This document shows positions 18,062 through 30,990 of a DNA stretch of 64,000 nucleotides, one piece after another. The notes under the pieces were generated by a model. That model was not told the origin of the DNA, ran no database searches, and saw only the letters and a list, made by a program, of their open reading frames with translations. Positions within the stretch are counted from its first letter, which is position 1; every line of letters begins with the position of its first letter. The stretch is taken from positions 2,531,740-2,595,739 of the forward strand of contig NW_002060947.1 of NCBI RefSeq assembly GCF_000150275.1, given 5' to 3'. The position numbers were made by a program, and so were the translations under genes. This DNA is from Trichoplax adhaerens. Lineage: Eukaryota; Animalia; Placozoa.

Positions 18062-20290
18062 TCATGGCCTACAGCACTTTATTTGTTCCGCAATATACAT
18101 TAATTCCTCTTTTTCCATATAGGTTACAACGTCATTCATGCTAACATTTTTCCCGCATCGATATTTCCATTCTTCCAAAATTTTTCTGATCATTATTTTT
18201 TCATCATTTATCACTTTGGTATATCTGGTAGAAAGTGTAGCAATCTCAGGTTTGGAAAATCCAAGACCACTAGCAAAGTCGGCCCATGAGATCTTTTCAG
18301 GTAGATTCCGAATGATGATACTGAAACAGTTTTCTATACATGTTGATAAAAGGCAGATTAATAACGGATATTGTACTATACCTATATCAAATAATTTACA
18401 AAACTAATGTCCAGTAAATAACGTGTGTTTACATGAGATACATTATACGATCTTGTTAACTCATTGGGTGTTAAAGAATTTTAGAATTAGGGTATGCATC
18501 CTGTAAACCTATGTAAAATAAAGCGAGTAATTGCTGCGACTATAAGACTAAGCGACTTACGCGGGCTTATCCTAAACTTTCGTCATTGAAATTTTTTAAA
18601 CATTACCTAAATAGTTTAAGTGCTTGCGGCGTATATACGCTTTTTTCCTTAAAATATCATCATGTATAGCGGGGAATCCAGTTGCATAGTCTTTATCGTC
18701 AAGATTAGGGTTTTTCATTAATTTACTTGTGGCCAGAACATAGTATTTATATGCAAGATACAAATTCGGCTGTTGAATAAAACCATATTCACATATAATT
18801 CCTTTATGATAGCCTGATAACAATCCTTTTCTATCAGTCCCTGTCTGTACTGCTTTCCGAACTATCTCAAGATCAGGTATTTCTATACTGTCTTTCATCT
18901 TACGAGATAATTTTAACAAGCGATAGTTAGCGTATGCCCAGTACGTACCATAATTATTGTCGATTCCATTTTCATTGTTTAATACATTGCATAGTTGAAT
19001 TACCAACTTATAACAACGAATTGCTTTTACATTGTTATGCAGTTCTGCATTTTGATTTTCGAAAACCTTTCCTATTTCACTAAGGCAGCCTAAGGTTGAT
19101 TGATAAATCAAGTCACCAGAATATAAGGTAGAGAACAATCCTAGATAGTAACATGCCAGTGCTCTATTATAATCCTTTTCTCTGGATATTCCAAACTTGT
19201 AACACAATCCTAAAGTCAGCCAAGTAATGTCATCGTTACTATTTGAAGAAATGCCGTAAACTTTGTCACTGGTAAGTTTAGCGTCTTTGGGAAGGATAAT
19301 AGAAGCGGTAGCCGCTAACTTAAAACATCCTAAGCCTAATTCGTAATCTCTGGTTATCTTTACACCTCGATAGAATTCAACACCTAATTCATATAATGAT
19401 TTGATGTTATAAGCTTGAATAGCATGTTTTAATAAGTAATTAATACGATCCTCAGTGGATAACTTGAAGCGATATTCAGGAAAATGACATAATTTACGCA
19501 GTGCCAATTCATGCCCAGCATTGGCAGCTCTCTTAACGTAAAGAAACGCCGTGTCTAGGTCTCTGCTAACTCCAAGACCCTTTCGATAGATTTCATGGCC
19601 GATAATAGAATATGCCGCGACTTGACCATATTCGCCGGCCTGCTCTAGATACAACGATACAAGGGCATTGTCATCGATTGAGTGGCCTTCTTCATTGTTT
19701 TTCATATTCCATAAAGCTAAACGCAAATAAATTTGTCCCAATTTTACAGAATCTGATATTGAATTAGTCATTGCATCCTCGCGATAACAGCGCAATATAT
19801 CTTTTAAAGTGGTCTTCCATCTTGAGTAATCTTTTTCGCTAGTATGTATCGACCATAGTTCATTCATTGCTCTGGAAGCTACGGCTCCGTACTCTCCAGA
19901 AGCTTGTAAAAGTAATTTCAATCTCAAAGCAATATATTCGCCTCGATGATTGGAAATAACATACTTACCGTACCTAAGGTCTTCGGGGCTCTTCCTACAG
20001 CAGTAAATATCAAGTAAAAACTCCATAGCATCGACTACATTATTTTCGGCAGCAGCCCCAGCAAGTTCAAACGCAGAATCAATATCTTTAGCGATAAGTC
20101 CAGCCCCGACGCGATATATTCGAGCTAGCATATATTTTGCATATACGTTATTATTTTTATCAATATCGTACCGAAATTTACGAATAGCAAGAGGGAGATA
20201 TTCCTGATGATATGCTCGCAAAGCTCGTTCTTCAAACGCCAGATCAATAATCTGACGGATTCGAGGGAGTAATTGGTACTCGTTTGCCAT
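18062..20290 (-). CDS. Sel1-like repeat (SLR) protein with a probable C-terminal death domain added by splicing
   Basis: The long exon 20290-18607 carries several Sel1 repeats (AKYMLARIYRVGAGLIAKDIDSAF, YRKGLGVSRDLDTAFLYVKRAANAGH, LYELGVEFYRGVKITRDYELGLGCFKLAA). A phase-1 donor at 18606 joins a phase-1 acceptor at 18381 (or 18333), leading to ISWADFASGLGFSKPEIATLSTRY...KIMIRKILEEWKYRCGKNVSMNDVVTYMEKEELMYIAEQIKCCRP*. An AG just upstream of the ATG may indicate a further 5' exon. Confidence 0.8.
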
Positions 20291-20489
20291 TCTTAATCTA
20301 TAAGAATAGTACAATTATCATTTTTATTACAATTCTATTGAGAGAGAATATAATGTACATGGAGTAAGTTGGATTTTTTACTTTATTTTTGTTAAATAGA
20401 TCTTGCACAACTACAGTAGAGTGCTATTTTCATGTTTACTTTTTTACAAAACTGAAATAATACAGCATAATTATGCTATTATATAATTT

Positions 20490-20915
20490 ATGTACAGTAC
20501 TGTATACAGTACGTTGCACATTATAGTACTGTACACTGTACAGTACAGTAGTGCAGGAATCAGTAATCTACGGTACTGTACAGTACAGTACTACAGTATA
20601 TTGTACATTACTGTACTGTACAGTACAGTACATTTGAACTTTGTAACGCTCGCTGGTTGCTGTTACTGTACTGTACAGTACAGTACTACACTATACTGTA
20701 CTGTGCGTACTTTGTATGATTCGTACTAAGATACTGTATGTACAGTACTGAACCGTCCTGAATATCATGGTAAGTAGAATTTCCCGTACTGTACTGTACA
20801 GTGTACACTGTACAGTACTGTACTACGAGTTTACTTTACTGCACTGTACTGTACTGTACTGTATAGTACAGTGTACTACGAGCTTACTATGAATGTACTG
20901 TATAGTACAGTGTTA
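20490..20915. repeat. Dense CAGTA/CTGTA pentamer array upstream of the Sel1-DD gene
   Basis: About 400 bp built mostly of tacagta, tactgta, tacactgta and tacagtgta units. Confidence 0.9.
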
Positions 20916-20996
20916 TCAGTATAGCACTATAACGCAAGTAAAATATTCTACATTTCTACACCGTAGTGTACCGTTCTTTACAACCAATCTCACGTT

Positions 20997-21044
20997 CATG
21001 GACAACTAAATTACATCTAGGTGCATCAACAGCAGTAGTCCGTG
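20997..21044. mobile_element. TIR-only remnant of the P-like MITE
   Basis: catggacaacta...cagtagtccgtg; no clear TSD. Confidence 0.5.
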
Positions 21045-21907
21045 GATAATACAGTACTGTACGTGTGTACTAACTGGCTTATTACTATCCTCATAAGCCT
21101 GATTAGGTAAAGTCAAGTTATGGCCATTTGTCAAGTTACTCAAGTACTCTTTTAACTAATCGCAATGTTCTCAAATTTAAATTTCTTTATTGTCATTAAG
21201 TACAGTACTAGTCTAAGCCTTGCCTTGCTCGTGATACTTCGGGTACAGTCAAGCTGTAGTAATGTACAGTATAGTACTTGTACTATGCTGTATTTGTAAT
21301 ATTATTTTGTTATGTCAAAGAGATATCAGTAAATTAAGGAGAATAGAAGTAGATTTATTGAAGTATCACGAACACAAGTTACAAGTGTTGTTGCTAAGAT
21401 AGAGATCTATCATCAGAGAGAGTAGATCAAGAATGCTTTTAATAAGCAGATGCATATGATGATATAGATAGTTACATAGATCAAGATAGGTATGATATGC
21501 ATGTACGTACTGTAATTATTATATATTAATGTACATTCACACGATGAATTCATACAGAAGGCCTGATGTTATGTTGCCATCAGTACAGTACTAAGATAGT
21601 ATAAGTAATACCTAAGTAATATTATTCTATACTATTACAGTATTGTCACTTCTACGTGTGAGATATCGGCTGCAGTATCTATTGTGCAATGTACAGTATT
21701 ATACATCTACTACTTCATTGGCTGAAAATAATCTCTTGTAGATCAAAATGTAAAAATAGCGAATTCTAAGAGATTACATGCAGCTACTTCCATGCGCTTC
21801 CATGCTTATTATCATCTATACCAACTGTATCGGCTCGATATTAATGCTAGTCTATCGTAATGGTACACTACATATATCTTATCATTGGTTATCTGATTCC
21901 GCCAGGG

Positions 21908-21947
21908 CAGGGACTTCTAGGACTAATATTAGTATTAGAAGTCCCTA
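21908..21947. mobile_element. TIR-only remnant of the P-like MITE, nested in the end of another copy, TSD GCCAGGG
   Basis: cagggacttcta...tagaagtcccta flanked by gccaggg at 21901-21907 and 21948-21954. Confidence 0.7.
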
Positions 21948-21949
21948 GC

Positions 21950-22095
21950 CAGGGACTACTAGAAAGAGAGGGACGTCTAGCGGCCGTTCAGTGCAAAATA
22001 ATGATGGGGCTTATCATTTTTCTGATCATTCCACCATACGCTACCACCGAAACCGTGTACTACGCTATACAAAACCAACCAAGCGGTTAATTTCT
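21950..22095. mobile_element. Partial P-like MITE copy, inverted relative to 48039-48452 and lacking pentamer insertions
   Basis: cagggactactagaaagagagggacg...cttatcatttttctgatcattc...ctaccaccgaaaccg...aaaaccaaccaagcgg is the reverse complement of the internal sequence at 48187-48452 and 1350-1520. Confidence 0.85.
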
Positions 22096-22391
22096 AGAGG
22101 TCTGCAAAATCTAGTGCACAGCGCACACTCTGGCCCGGTCCGGCATCATTCTTCTTAGTTCTTTTGTTTCGCTTTTGTCGGGAAAATGCAGTACTGTACT
22201 ACGGTAACTGTACAGTGTACTGTAATGCAGGTAAATAATCTCCTTGACAACAAGAATCTACTGCACTGTACTGTATATAAAATATATATATTATGTATAT
22301 GTTGTATACTGCAACAGTATATTATACACCTTGAATTACAATATAGTGGATAGATCATCACGCAGCTACCAAACATTTCAGTTTACAAACT

Positions 22392-22598
22392 GTCGTCATG
22401 GTGATTCGGGGCCTCCTCAAAAAAGCGTGAATCGTACGGTACGGTACCGAACTGTGTTATGTTATCTACTGCTTAGAATTTCGTATAATAATATATATAT
22501 ATATATATATACTCACAATAATAATTGTTAATTTATACATAAATTTATCAGATTCATCTTTTAAGTAATTACAGTTTTCGGTTCGTTGCCGTGGTATA
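22392..22598 (+). promoter_or_regulatory. Two X-box (RFX)-like motifs upstream of PACRG
   Basis: GTCGTCATGGTGAT (22392-22405) and GTTGCCGTGGTATA (22585-22598) are imperfect matches to GTTRCCATGGYAAC. Confidence 0.45.
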
Positions 22599-22746
22599 GG
22601 ACGACAGCAAGCACACCGTCTTCAACATAAAGTTTTAGTAAAATCGATAAAAACAAAGCGTAAATATAGTATTTCGCTCAAGTTTATTAGCGACTTATAA
22701 GCAGCACGTCTTTGAATTATAATTTTCGACATAGTACTTCAGTATC

Positions 22747-24608
22747 ATGGCTTCATTAGCTAATAAGATCAATTCTAAATCACCAAAGAACATACCAGCT
22801 GAAGGTTTCACTGTTAAAGCTGCGATGAAAAATAGCAAGGTAAGTTTCCGATAGAACTCATTCTGATGTCAAAATGACTTGATTCACAGTAATAAAAGGA
22901 AGAATCTAATTATATCAAATCGATTAAATCGACACTACTAATCAACCATTAGCTCACACAATCCTTACGCTTTATAAGGAATTTCTTATTCAAGAAATAA
23001 AAATAATATCGTTATTCGGCAGATATTGAGAGCTACGTTTTGATAAAAAAAAGCACAATATCCCATTTAGTACTGTGATTACTGATATGCAGCGTCTAAT
23101 CCATATGCACCTTCATAAGAATTTTGTAGATTGTGGTATATGAGTTACTTCTTACTTGCAATAAAATCCTATTCTTTGACCTAATTTACTGAGCTCGGAG
23201 TTCATAGTATCTTAACTTTCAAATGCACTTTTCTAACCGGGTAAAATACAATAGTTTAATGTATTTAGGCGATTAGATGGCAACTTTCTAAATTGGATCA
23301 AATAGAATTAAATTTTTAAACAAAAACAGAGTTACAGCCCTTCTATATCATACGCGTATATACTAAGAAACATGGAAGCACAAATAGCATTGTAATTGAA
23401 TCAAATCACGTAATAAGCTCAGTATCAATAGAGAATAAGGGGAAGTAGTTAGCGTTATGCATACCCCTTCACATTTTGATATGCTTATCGTCTTTAATAT
23501 ATAGCATTTAAACAAGAACCTTATTACTAGTCAATCTCTAAGACTAACATCTAGCAATCATAATTTCTATAGGAGTCTAGTTATATGTAAATTATAATTA
23601 AAAATTTGTTATTAAGTATGATTATATGTAATTGAGAAGTATTTATTGAGAAGTGTTTATTATTATTATAAGGTTAAACCACCCCCGATATCAGGAGCTT
23701 ATAAGGAAAAAAGCTCAGTTCCAACAAAATTTCGTAAATATTATGAAAGAGGTGATTTCCCCGTCTCTATTGAACATGATGCTAAAGGCAATAAAATCGC
23801 GTGGAAGGTATAATATGCATATATATACACACTTAGAAAGCTTCTATCATTACTGCTTAAATGTTGATCATTCGGTATTTAATGTAATTTATTTCCTTAC
23901 AGGTTGAGATTGAAAAACTCGACTATCATCATTATCTTCCCTTATTCTTTGAAGGCTTATGTGAAACACAGCACCCTTACGATTTCCTTGCTCGTCAGGG
24001 TATTCACGATATGCTTGAGCATGGAGGTGCAAAAGTCCTCCCAGTAATTCCTCAACTTATAATTCCCATCAAGCGTAAGTTATACCCTTAGATTTCTTAG
24101 CTGCAACTAAATTTACCGAGTTATTAGAGAATGCTATATTTTAATTTATATGAATCTAATTATTACTGCTTATATTTTATAAACCAGATGCTTTAAATAC
24201 CAGAAATCGAAAAGTCATTTGCACTACATTAAAAGCACTACTTCATTTAGTAGAATCTGGTGATCTTGTTGGCGAAGCATTGGTTCCCTACTACAGACAA
24301 ATTTTACCAATGCTGAATGCGTTCAAGAATAGTAATTGTATGCGAAATATTTTTTCTTTGAATAAAGTGCACCTTTAGAATACTTATTTTTATTTTATAA
24401 ACGTTACTTCATGGTAATTTAATATCTGCTATTTAATCCTTGTCTAGTGAATATCGGTGATGGCATTGACTATGGACAGCAAAAAAGGGAAAACATTGGA
24501 GACTTAATTAATGAAACTTTAGAAGAATTAGAAAAACGTGGAGGCTCGGATGCTTATATTAATATTAAATATATGGTACCAACATATGAATCATGCGTTC
24601 AAAACTAG
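22747..24608 (+). CDS. PACRG: Parkin coregulated gene protein (axonemal inner junction), 5 exons
   Basis: [49 protein letters not shown]...[28 protein letters not shown]...[13 protein letters not shown]...[18 protein letters not shown]. Confidence 0.97.
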
Positions 24609-25801
24609 ATTCGATCTAACACTCAAAATTTAATTATTCTTCATGTACCATATGATAGACACATGTCCATAAGTTGATATCCAATGTGTTCGTATATTGT
24701 TAAATATCATCTTAATGTTAAGAAATATGAATGTAATAGATCTCTTGAGTATTTAAACGCGATGATCTTCGAATTACTATTGTACTGTACTCGCAAATAT
24801 TCATCAATATGGTCTTTAGAAGTATTAGTAAACAGTTACAGTAATGGCTGCATTTTTATAGGAACTAGTCAAATCTTCGTTCGTGATACTTCAAATACTA
24901 TATATGTACTTATACTTTTTACTTTACAATGGGATAAAGGAGGTTTAGGCTAGAATTTCTAGCTATTACAATGTTTACAATTAATTATCATCAGTAGATA
25001 GAATGGTAATTGTGGCATTATCTATCAAATACCTCTTTCTGAGATTAATTATTGATGTATCGATCAAAATTATAGGTTTTATGTGCTAAAATTAAACGAT
25101 TACTTAATAGATAAGTTTAAAGATCATTTAGAAGCATCAAAGCTAGCTTTTGACACTATAAATGAAATATTTTAAATCAAGTTCTTTATCTATATTAATT
25201 AATATTAATTAATGATATGTAGCACCGATTATAATTAGGCCTCGATTTAAAAATAAAGCATTGTAAGCTAGATAGTCAAGGCGATCGATGTCTAACTCTT
25301 TTAATGAGATCTAGCCAAATCAGAAGCATACTCATAGATCTTATTCCGATAACGTCTATTTCTCGGATAAAGTCATTAAGCTCTATTATGTAACGTATTC
25401 TAATACATAAAAATTGCTGTTTTTATATGACTTAGAACCTAATCAAAATATTCTACTCAGAATGTTGATCGTATCTGTTTAAGATGGCATAAAAATACTA
25501 TTAGAGAAGCCTACCACCTATGTATTATAATTATGCGTATATTTTTTTGGTGATCACAGTACTCATCTGTCAAAGTATTTTTTAAACCCTAACTAAAGAA
25601 ACGATTACTTTATAACTGCTATAGCTGAAATGTGCAATTGTGATCGCATAAATTATGTTGCCAATGCTCTAAAATTCTACCGAGACCGTATAATCGGACA
25701 TTCATTGATCTAGAACAGTTTCGTATAAATAGAGAAATTTGATTTATAGGGTCTCATAGTATAAAAATTTCTCTCATGTACATCAGTGTACCTACTATGA
25801 T

Positions 25802-25844
25802 CATGGACCACTCCTACTAGATAGGATATATCTAGTAGTCCGTG
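25802..25844. mobile_element. TIR-only remnant (hairpin) of the P-like MITE, perfect 7-bp TSD CTATGAT
   Basis: catggaccactcctactagata...tatctagtagtccgtg with ctatgat on both flanks. Confidence 0.75.
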
Positions 25845-28800
25845 CTATGATATCGTTAGTAGTACAGTTTTCCCTAATATCGGTTCGGTAGCAGTATCGG
25901 TATCAGATAGCAAACATACGAGTAAGTATAATAACTATGATGAGATAAAGCTATGTGCATATAGAATATACTCAGTTAAAAAAATTGTGGGTCAGTGATA
26001 CAATTGTTCATACAGTATTACGCGAAGTATAACGAGCGAGGGATATAATAGCAAGTAAAATATGGTAGGTGACAAAGATGATACTCAATACAGTGTATTG
26101 CTAACTACAAAGCCTGTAGCCATCCCGCAAACGAACAATACTCGTATGTACTGATACATAAGTGATTAATACAGCGCTAAATTTGGTTTTAATTCACTAG
26201 GTGGCATCAAATGTAATTTTTGGACAATTTAGAACTAGACTAGGGTACCTATTATAATTATAGAAGTTTGTGCAGCACCATTTACTCTCTTTATATAGTT
26301 AAGCAGTAGATGCATAATTGCATACTGTATATAATGGATTTTTACTTACGATTATATTTGCTTTCAATAATTAAATAATGACCTGTTTTTCGCTATCGAT
26401 CTATTTTAGGCCTAGCATAGATCATATACTTTTACTCTAGCTTATTATGCTGGCATCTCAACTTGTACCGTAATAGATATGAACAGCACAGCACGTACAA
26501 TAATACACAATTATCTAAAATCGCAATATCGTATTACGTATATTGCTGGTTACAGAAGATCTATAACTACATCTAATCTACCATCGGTACCATATATTAC
26601 AACATAGATACCTAATATCGCAACTATTCTCTATACGAGTATATCATTATATAGGTGCACTGTTGAAGACATAGTTGTGTAAAGCAATTTGGCTATCAAA
26701 ATACTTGGTACCGTTTTCATTGGACGATATTTATGATTATTTTAGTCTTCTTAGCTGCAAAAAAATCTGGTATATAAAAGGTACCTGTGAATTTCGCTTA
26801 ATTTCTTACAATTTATAATACGCGTACACGCGTCAATGTGATAAGAAGCGTTAACAGACTGATTCATAATTTAAGAGAGTTCTTGCCCTCGCCTATTAGT
26901 TAGTTGTACTTACTATACAGTACATTGTGCTATGCAATGTGTTCTTGTCATATGTATAACACATGTTATACATATACCAAACTGAACGGAATGTATAATA
27001 CGCATTTATCACGGCAGAGGTCGTGCTACGTATTTGTGGATAGCTGATAAGAAAGAGTACCTACAAAAAGAGGGCTAGTTTGTGATAGGGCCTTTTCGAC
27101 AAAGTCTCGCCCAAGGCTCTTTAAGGGTGGCGAGAGATACAATCTCGTCTGGTAGTACGAGGTTTAGGGGTAAGAAAGAACTTATTAATAGGCTATCTCA
27201 AAATTTACTACAGGAATTTTTACAATGGTATTAGAATTTTTTCATGAAAATAAAGTGCTTAACAAAACATATTCATTATCGCATAGTTGGAGGATGATTC
27301 TAACACTAATGTAAACTAACGTATTATCTTCTTTGAGGGATCTACTATTAGCGATACAGAGTATTAATTCAGAAATTCGATAATGATCTCCCTACTGTAA
27401 TTGAGTAGCAAAACATAAACGAGTATCACTTGACTAACTGACGAACTGATAAGCACAAATGAAATCGAAAGGGTATGACATTACAAAAGATTCTGTTCAA
27501 CCTTATCAGAAAGTGAAATTATGCATCACGTTATTAACATGGTTTAAAGTTAGTAATTTAGTTAACACAACTCTACGCAGCGTTAAGCTCATCATTACTG
27601 ATATTGTAACCTTTGTATGGGATGGTAGATTGTAATAAATTGAATTTAATGACTTGACTTTAGCAACAACTTCATTAACAAATTTAGATGGAAATAATAT
27701 TAGCAGAATAAAGAGAGAAATGATTGAAATACTGCAGTAGTCAGCATAGTGAGTATATATTAAGTGCTATAATTAATTAATGTGTAATTAAGTAATTACA
27801 ACTACTAGTGGTAAGCTTCGTTTTGATAGTGTGTTGTTTAATAATTTTTGCACTGTAATGACTGAAGTCAGACAGATATGATTGTATCCTGAGTAAAGCA
27901 TCAACGAGACAGAAATTTCATTCGCATGGCATCGTGTGTGGGCTAAGCTAGATGTAAATAAATTGATTTAATTTTATGATAAGAATCCATTGGAATGGCA
28001 TCTTATATCCATATTCTGTTCTTTGAGCGGCCATCTTTACTAATATACTGTAATTCTATTGCGCGCAGCCATCATAAAGAAAAGGATCCTTCATGAACTT
28101 ATACTTTTGTCTTTTCTAATGCACGAACTTATGTATTATAATGGTAGTAGTTTATCATATAAGTGCTATAGCTATTCTGTAATGAGAACTTATAGAGTAC
28201 TAAAACTCTACGGCTGTTAGAAATCTGTATTTGAGCATGGATAAGAAGTTCATCTCAGGTATCATAGACGTTATGCGTTATATATTTACACCAGATCGAT
28301 GGTCGATTGCGTAGACAAGATTAGATGCCTCTATTGTAAGTAGTCTTGAACACAAATTCACTCTTTATTTTGTAATAGTATGATACACTCTTTGAGATCT
28401 TTTTAATAAACGTACTTATATGGCGTAAGATATTTGAAAGAATTAAATAATTCGAGATTTATTTGGATGCTATAGTAACCAGAATTTTTATATAAAAACA
28501 GTGATTTTATGATAAATATTCTTGATCAAGAATAAACATTTCTAATAATCATCTATTCTTTGTAGCCTAGTTCATAAAAATGTTGTAGAAATCATAAAGT
28601 TACTTTTTTACGAGTATACACCTGCTGGGACAAATAATAGTAGAACGAAGCCTTAAATCAATACCAGTTGAGAATAATAATAAATGTTATTGAAGAAACC
28701 TATTTTCGAAAGTGATTTTCATCGTATGAATTACAGTTTTTATTTCTTCTCAATAGATTATCCGAACATTCTTCAGAAAGACGTAACATAAAAAATTGGT

Positions 28801-29821
28801 ATTGTATTCTTGATTAAAATTTATCTTTTAGTATACTCGTATTTTACTTTCCAATTTAGGGTGTTTGTGTCAATATTTATCGTATAAACTTACATATTAC
28901 ATATCTAAAATTTGGATATAAAACAAAAAATACGATGAATCGTTGGATTACAGTTTTCATCAGATTTTTGAAATTTTAGAACAGATTCTCTGTACCTTAT
29001 CCCGCTTTTGATGAGATATAGATAACTTTATCGATCGCTATTTTATCATGAATCAAAATATCGATGTTATGGCCATTGCTGAAGAATCGAAGATCGCAAA
29101 TGATGATCTAATTATGGTCAGGTCCGAGTAACGTTGTGTTCATAATCAAAATTCTAAAATTCAACAGCTAGATAAGCCTTAAGTAAGCTAGAGATCGATT
29201 TCTTTAAATCTTCATTCCTTCAACGAACTTTATCCATTTCGCAATCAAAAAGCAGTTTGGATATGTAAGTGACTTTTGTTAATATTATGCATGCCACTAT
29301 TTTAAGTTCCTTAAAATAGAATAGTTAAAATGATTATTAAAGGCATTAATTATGAATATTTTCCCTCCTTGGACACATTAATTTTGTGTACAGCCTTTTA
29401 GCTGCTTTGGCAGCAAGGTAAACTAACTTATTGTAGCTAAAAATGTTTTCGCGAAATAGAAGTTGTACTACAGCTATAGATCAATTTTAAAGTATAGCGT
29501 AATTTAGTTCATAATTTAAATTTAACATCAGTTATCGTAAATAATATCATATCCATGATTGTTACAGTCTATAGCAAAATCGATGAAGTTTAAAAGAATG
29601 TATAATATTGATTTCTGTTAATAAACTTTATAATACGATAGATTAATACATTTAGGTTGCTAGCTTTGTAGTAAATTTAATTATATTGTGTTGACTTCAT
29701 TTTCTCATATAAATACAAAACTCAATAAAAATCTTCTTTAACAGTATGTGAATGAAATTTATTTTTAGCTAAATACGGAATTGCTGTGCTCCAGCCTTTA
29801 GAGCTTGGAAGAATTAAGGAT

Positions 29822-30990
29822 ATGGATTCACACAATTATTCTAATTTCTTCAATGTGACCAGTGAAGTTGCATTATCCTTTGTGGTTCTGCAACCAATTT
29901 ATTTTTTTTTCGGATTTATTGGAAATGGAGCGGTATGTGTTAGTTTATTAAGGAAATGGAAAAAATTGCAAGTCAACGACTACTTTGTGATTAACTTGGC
30001 ACTTTCTGATGGTCTAAGTATTATTGGAAGGTGGGAAATGTATCTGTATAAACTTTCCGTTAGAGTTATAGTTGATATAGTTGGTGTAATTTTTTTAGAT
30101 CATTGCCTTGCTATAACCTTAATAAACTAATTTTATAACAAATTTCTTCATTTTACAGTATGATATCGTATTTTCCGTCGTTTATTCGGATTTATATCAA
30201 CGATATTCCAGTTTATCAAACAGATTCTATTAGTTGTAGATTTAATGGGGGCATTATCATTTACTGTGCTCTTGTTAGCATCTATTCAATGATGTTTTTG
30301 GCTGTGATACGCTATTTAAAAATCGTAAGGTCGCAAATTTCATATCGATTAATTAAAGGAAAGAGATTCGTTTTTACTTTCTGGGTTATTAACTGGGTAT
30401 TTCCATTAATTGTCGTTGTACCTCCTGTTATTGGCTTTTGGGTACGTTATATGTTTTATATCAATACCGGGATATGCTTTCCAGTGTTTCAAGCAAGTCA
30501 AATTGACGCATCGATATTTTACTTGATATTTTTCGTAATTTTTGTTAATATTGTTCCGTACATCGTTATACTTTACTGTTACTGGTTTATTTACAAAGAG
30601 GTGCGTGACAGCCACAGAAGAGTCGTCAGACATGATAAAGTTAATCGAAGACGTAGATTTTATTGGAGAAAGTCCAATGATAGTAACGATAGTACGATAG
30701 AGGGATCTACGGTTTGTCTCACAATATCAAGAAGGCGCGATATTGCATTAGCCAAAACTATGTTTATGATTATTATTGTATTTCAGATATCCTATTTTCC
30801 GTTCTTAGTTGCCATGACTTTAAGTTGTTTTTATTCAAATCCGCTACTAGATAAATTATTAGTGTTAACAATTTCTGTTACTTATACTAGCAGTTTGGTT
30901 AATCCTATTATATTTTTAATTAACAATAGTCGTGTTCAAAAGCGTATTTCAGGGATTATGGGTAAGTGGAGGACTGCTCCGTCTGGATAA
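29822..30990 (+). CDS. Class A (rhodopsin-like) GPCR, opsin/melatonin-receptor-like, 2 exons
   Basis: Exons 29822-30030 and 30159-30990. Motifs: TM1 GFIGN, TM2 INLALSD, TM3 C...AVIRY, TM4 W..P..PP.IG.W, TM5 VP...ILYCY, TM6 SYFP, TM7 SSLVNPIIF. Confidence 0.92.

Noticed and set aside
20490-20915. Arrays as a CRISPR-like locus
   Set aside because: There is no constant 23-50-bp repeat with unique spacers and no cas genes, and the context is eukaryotic.
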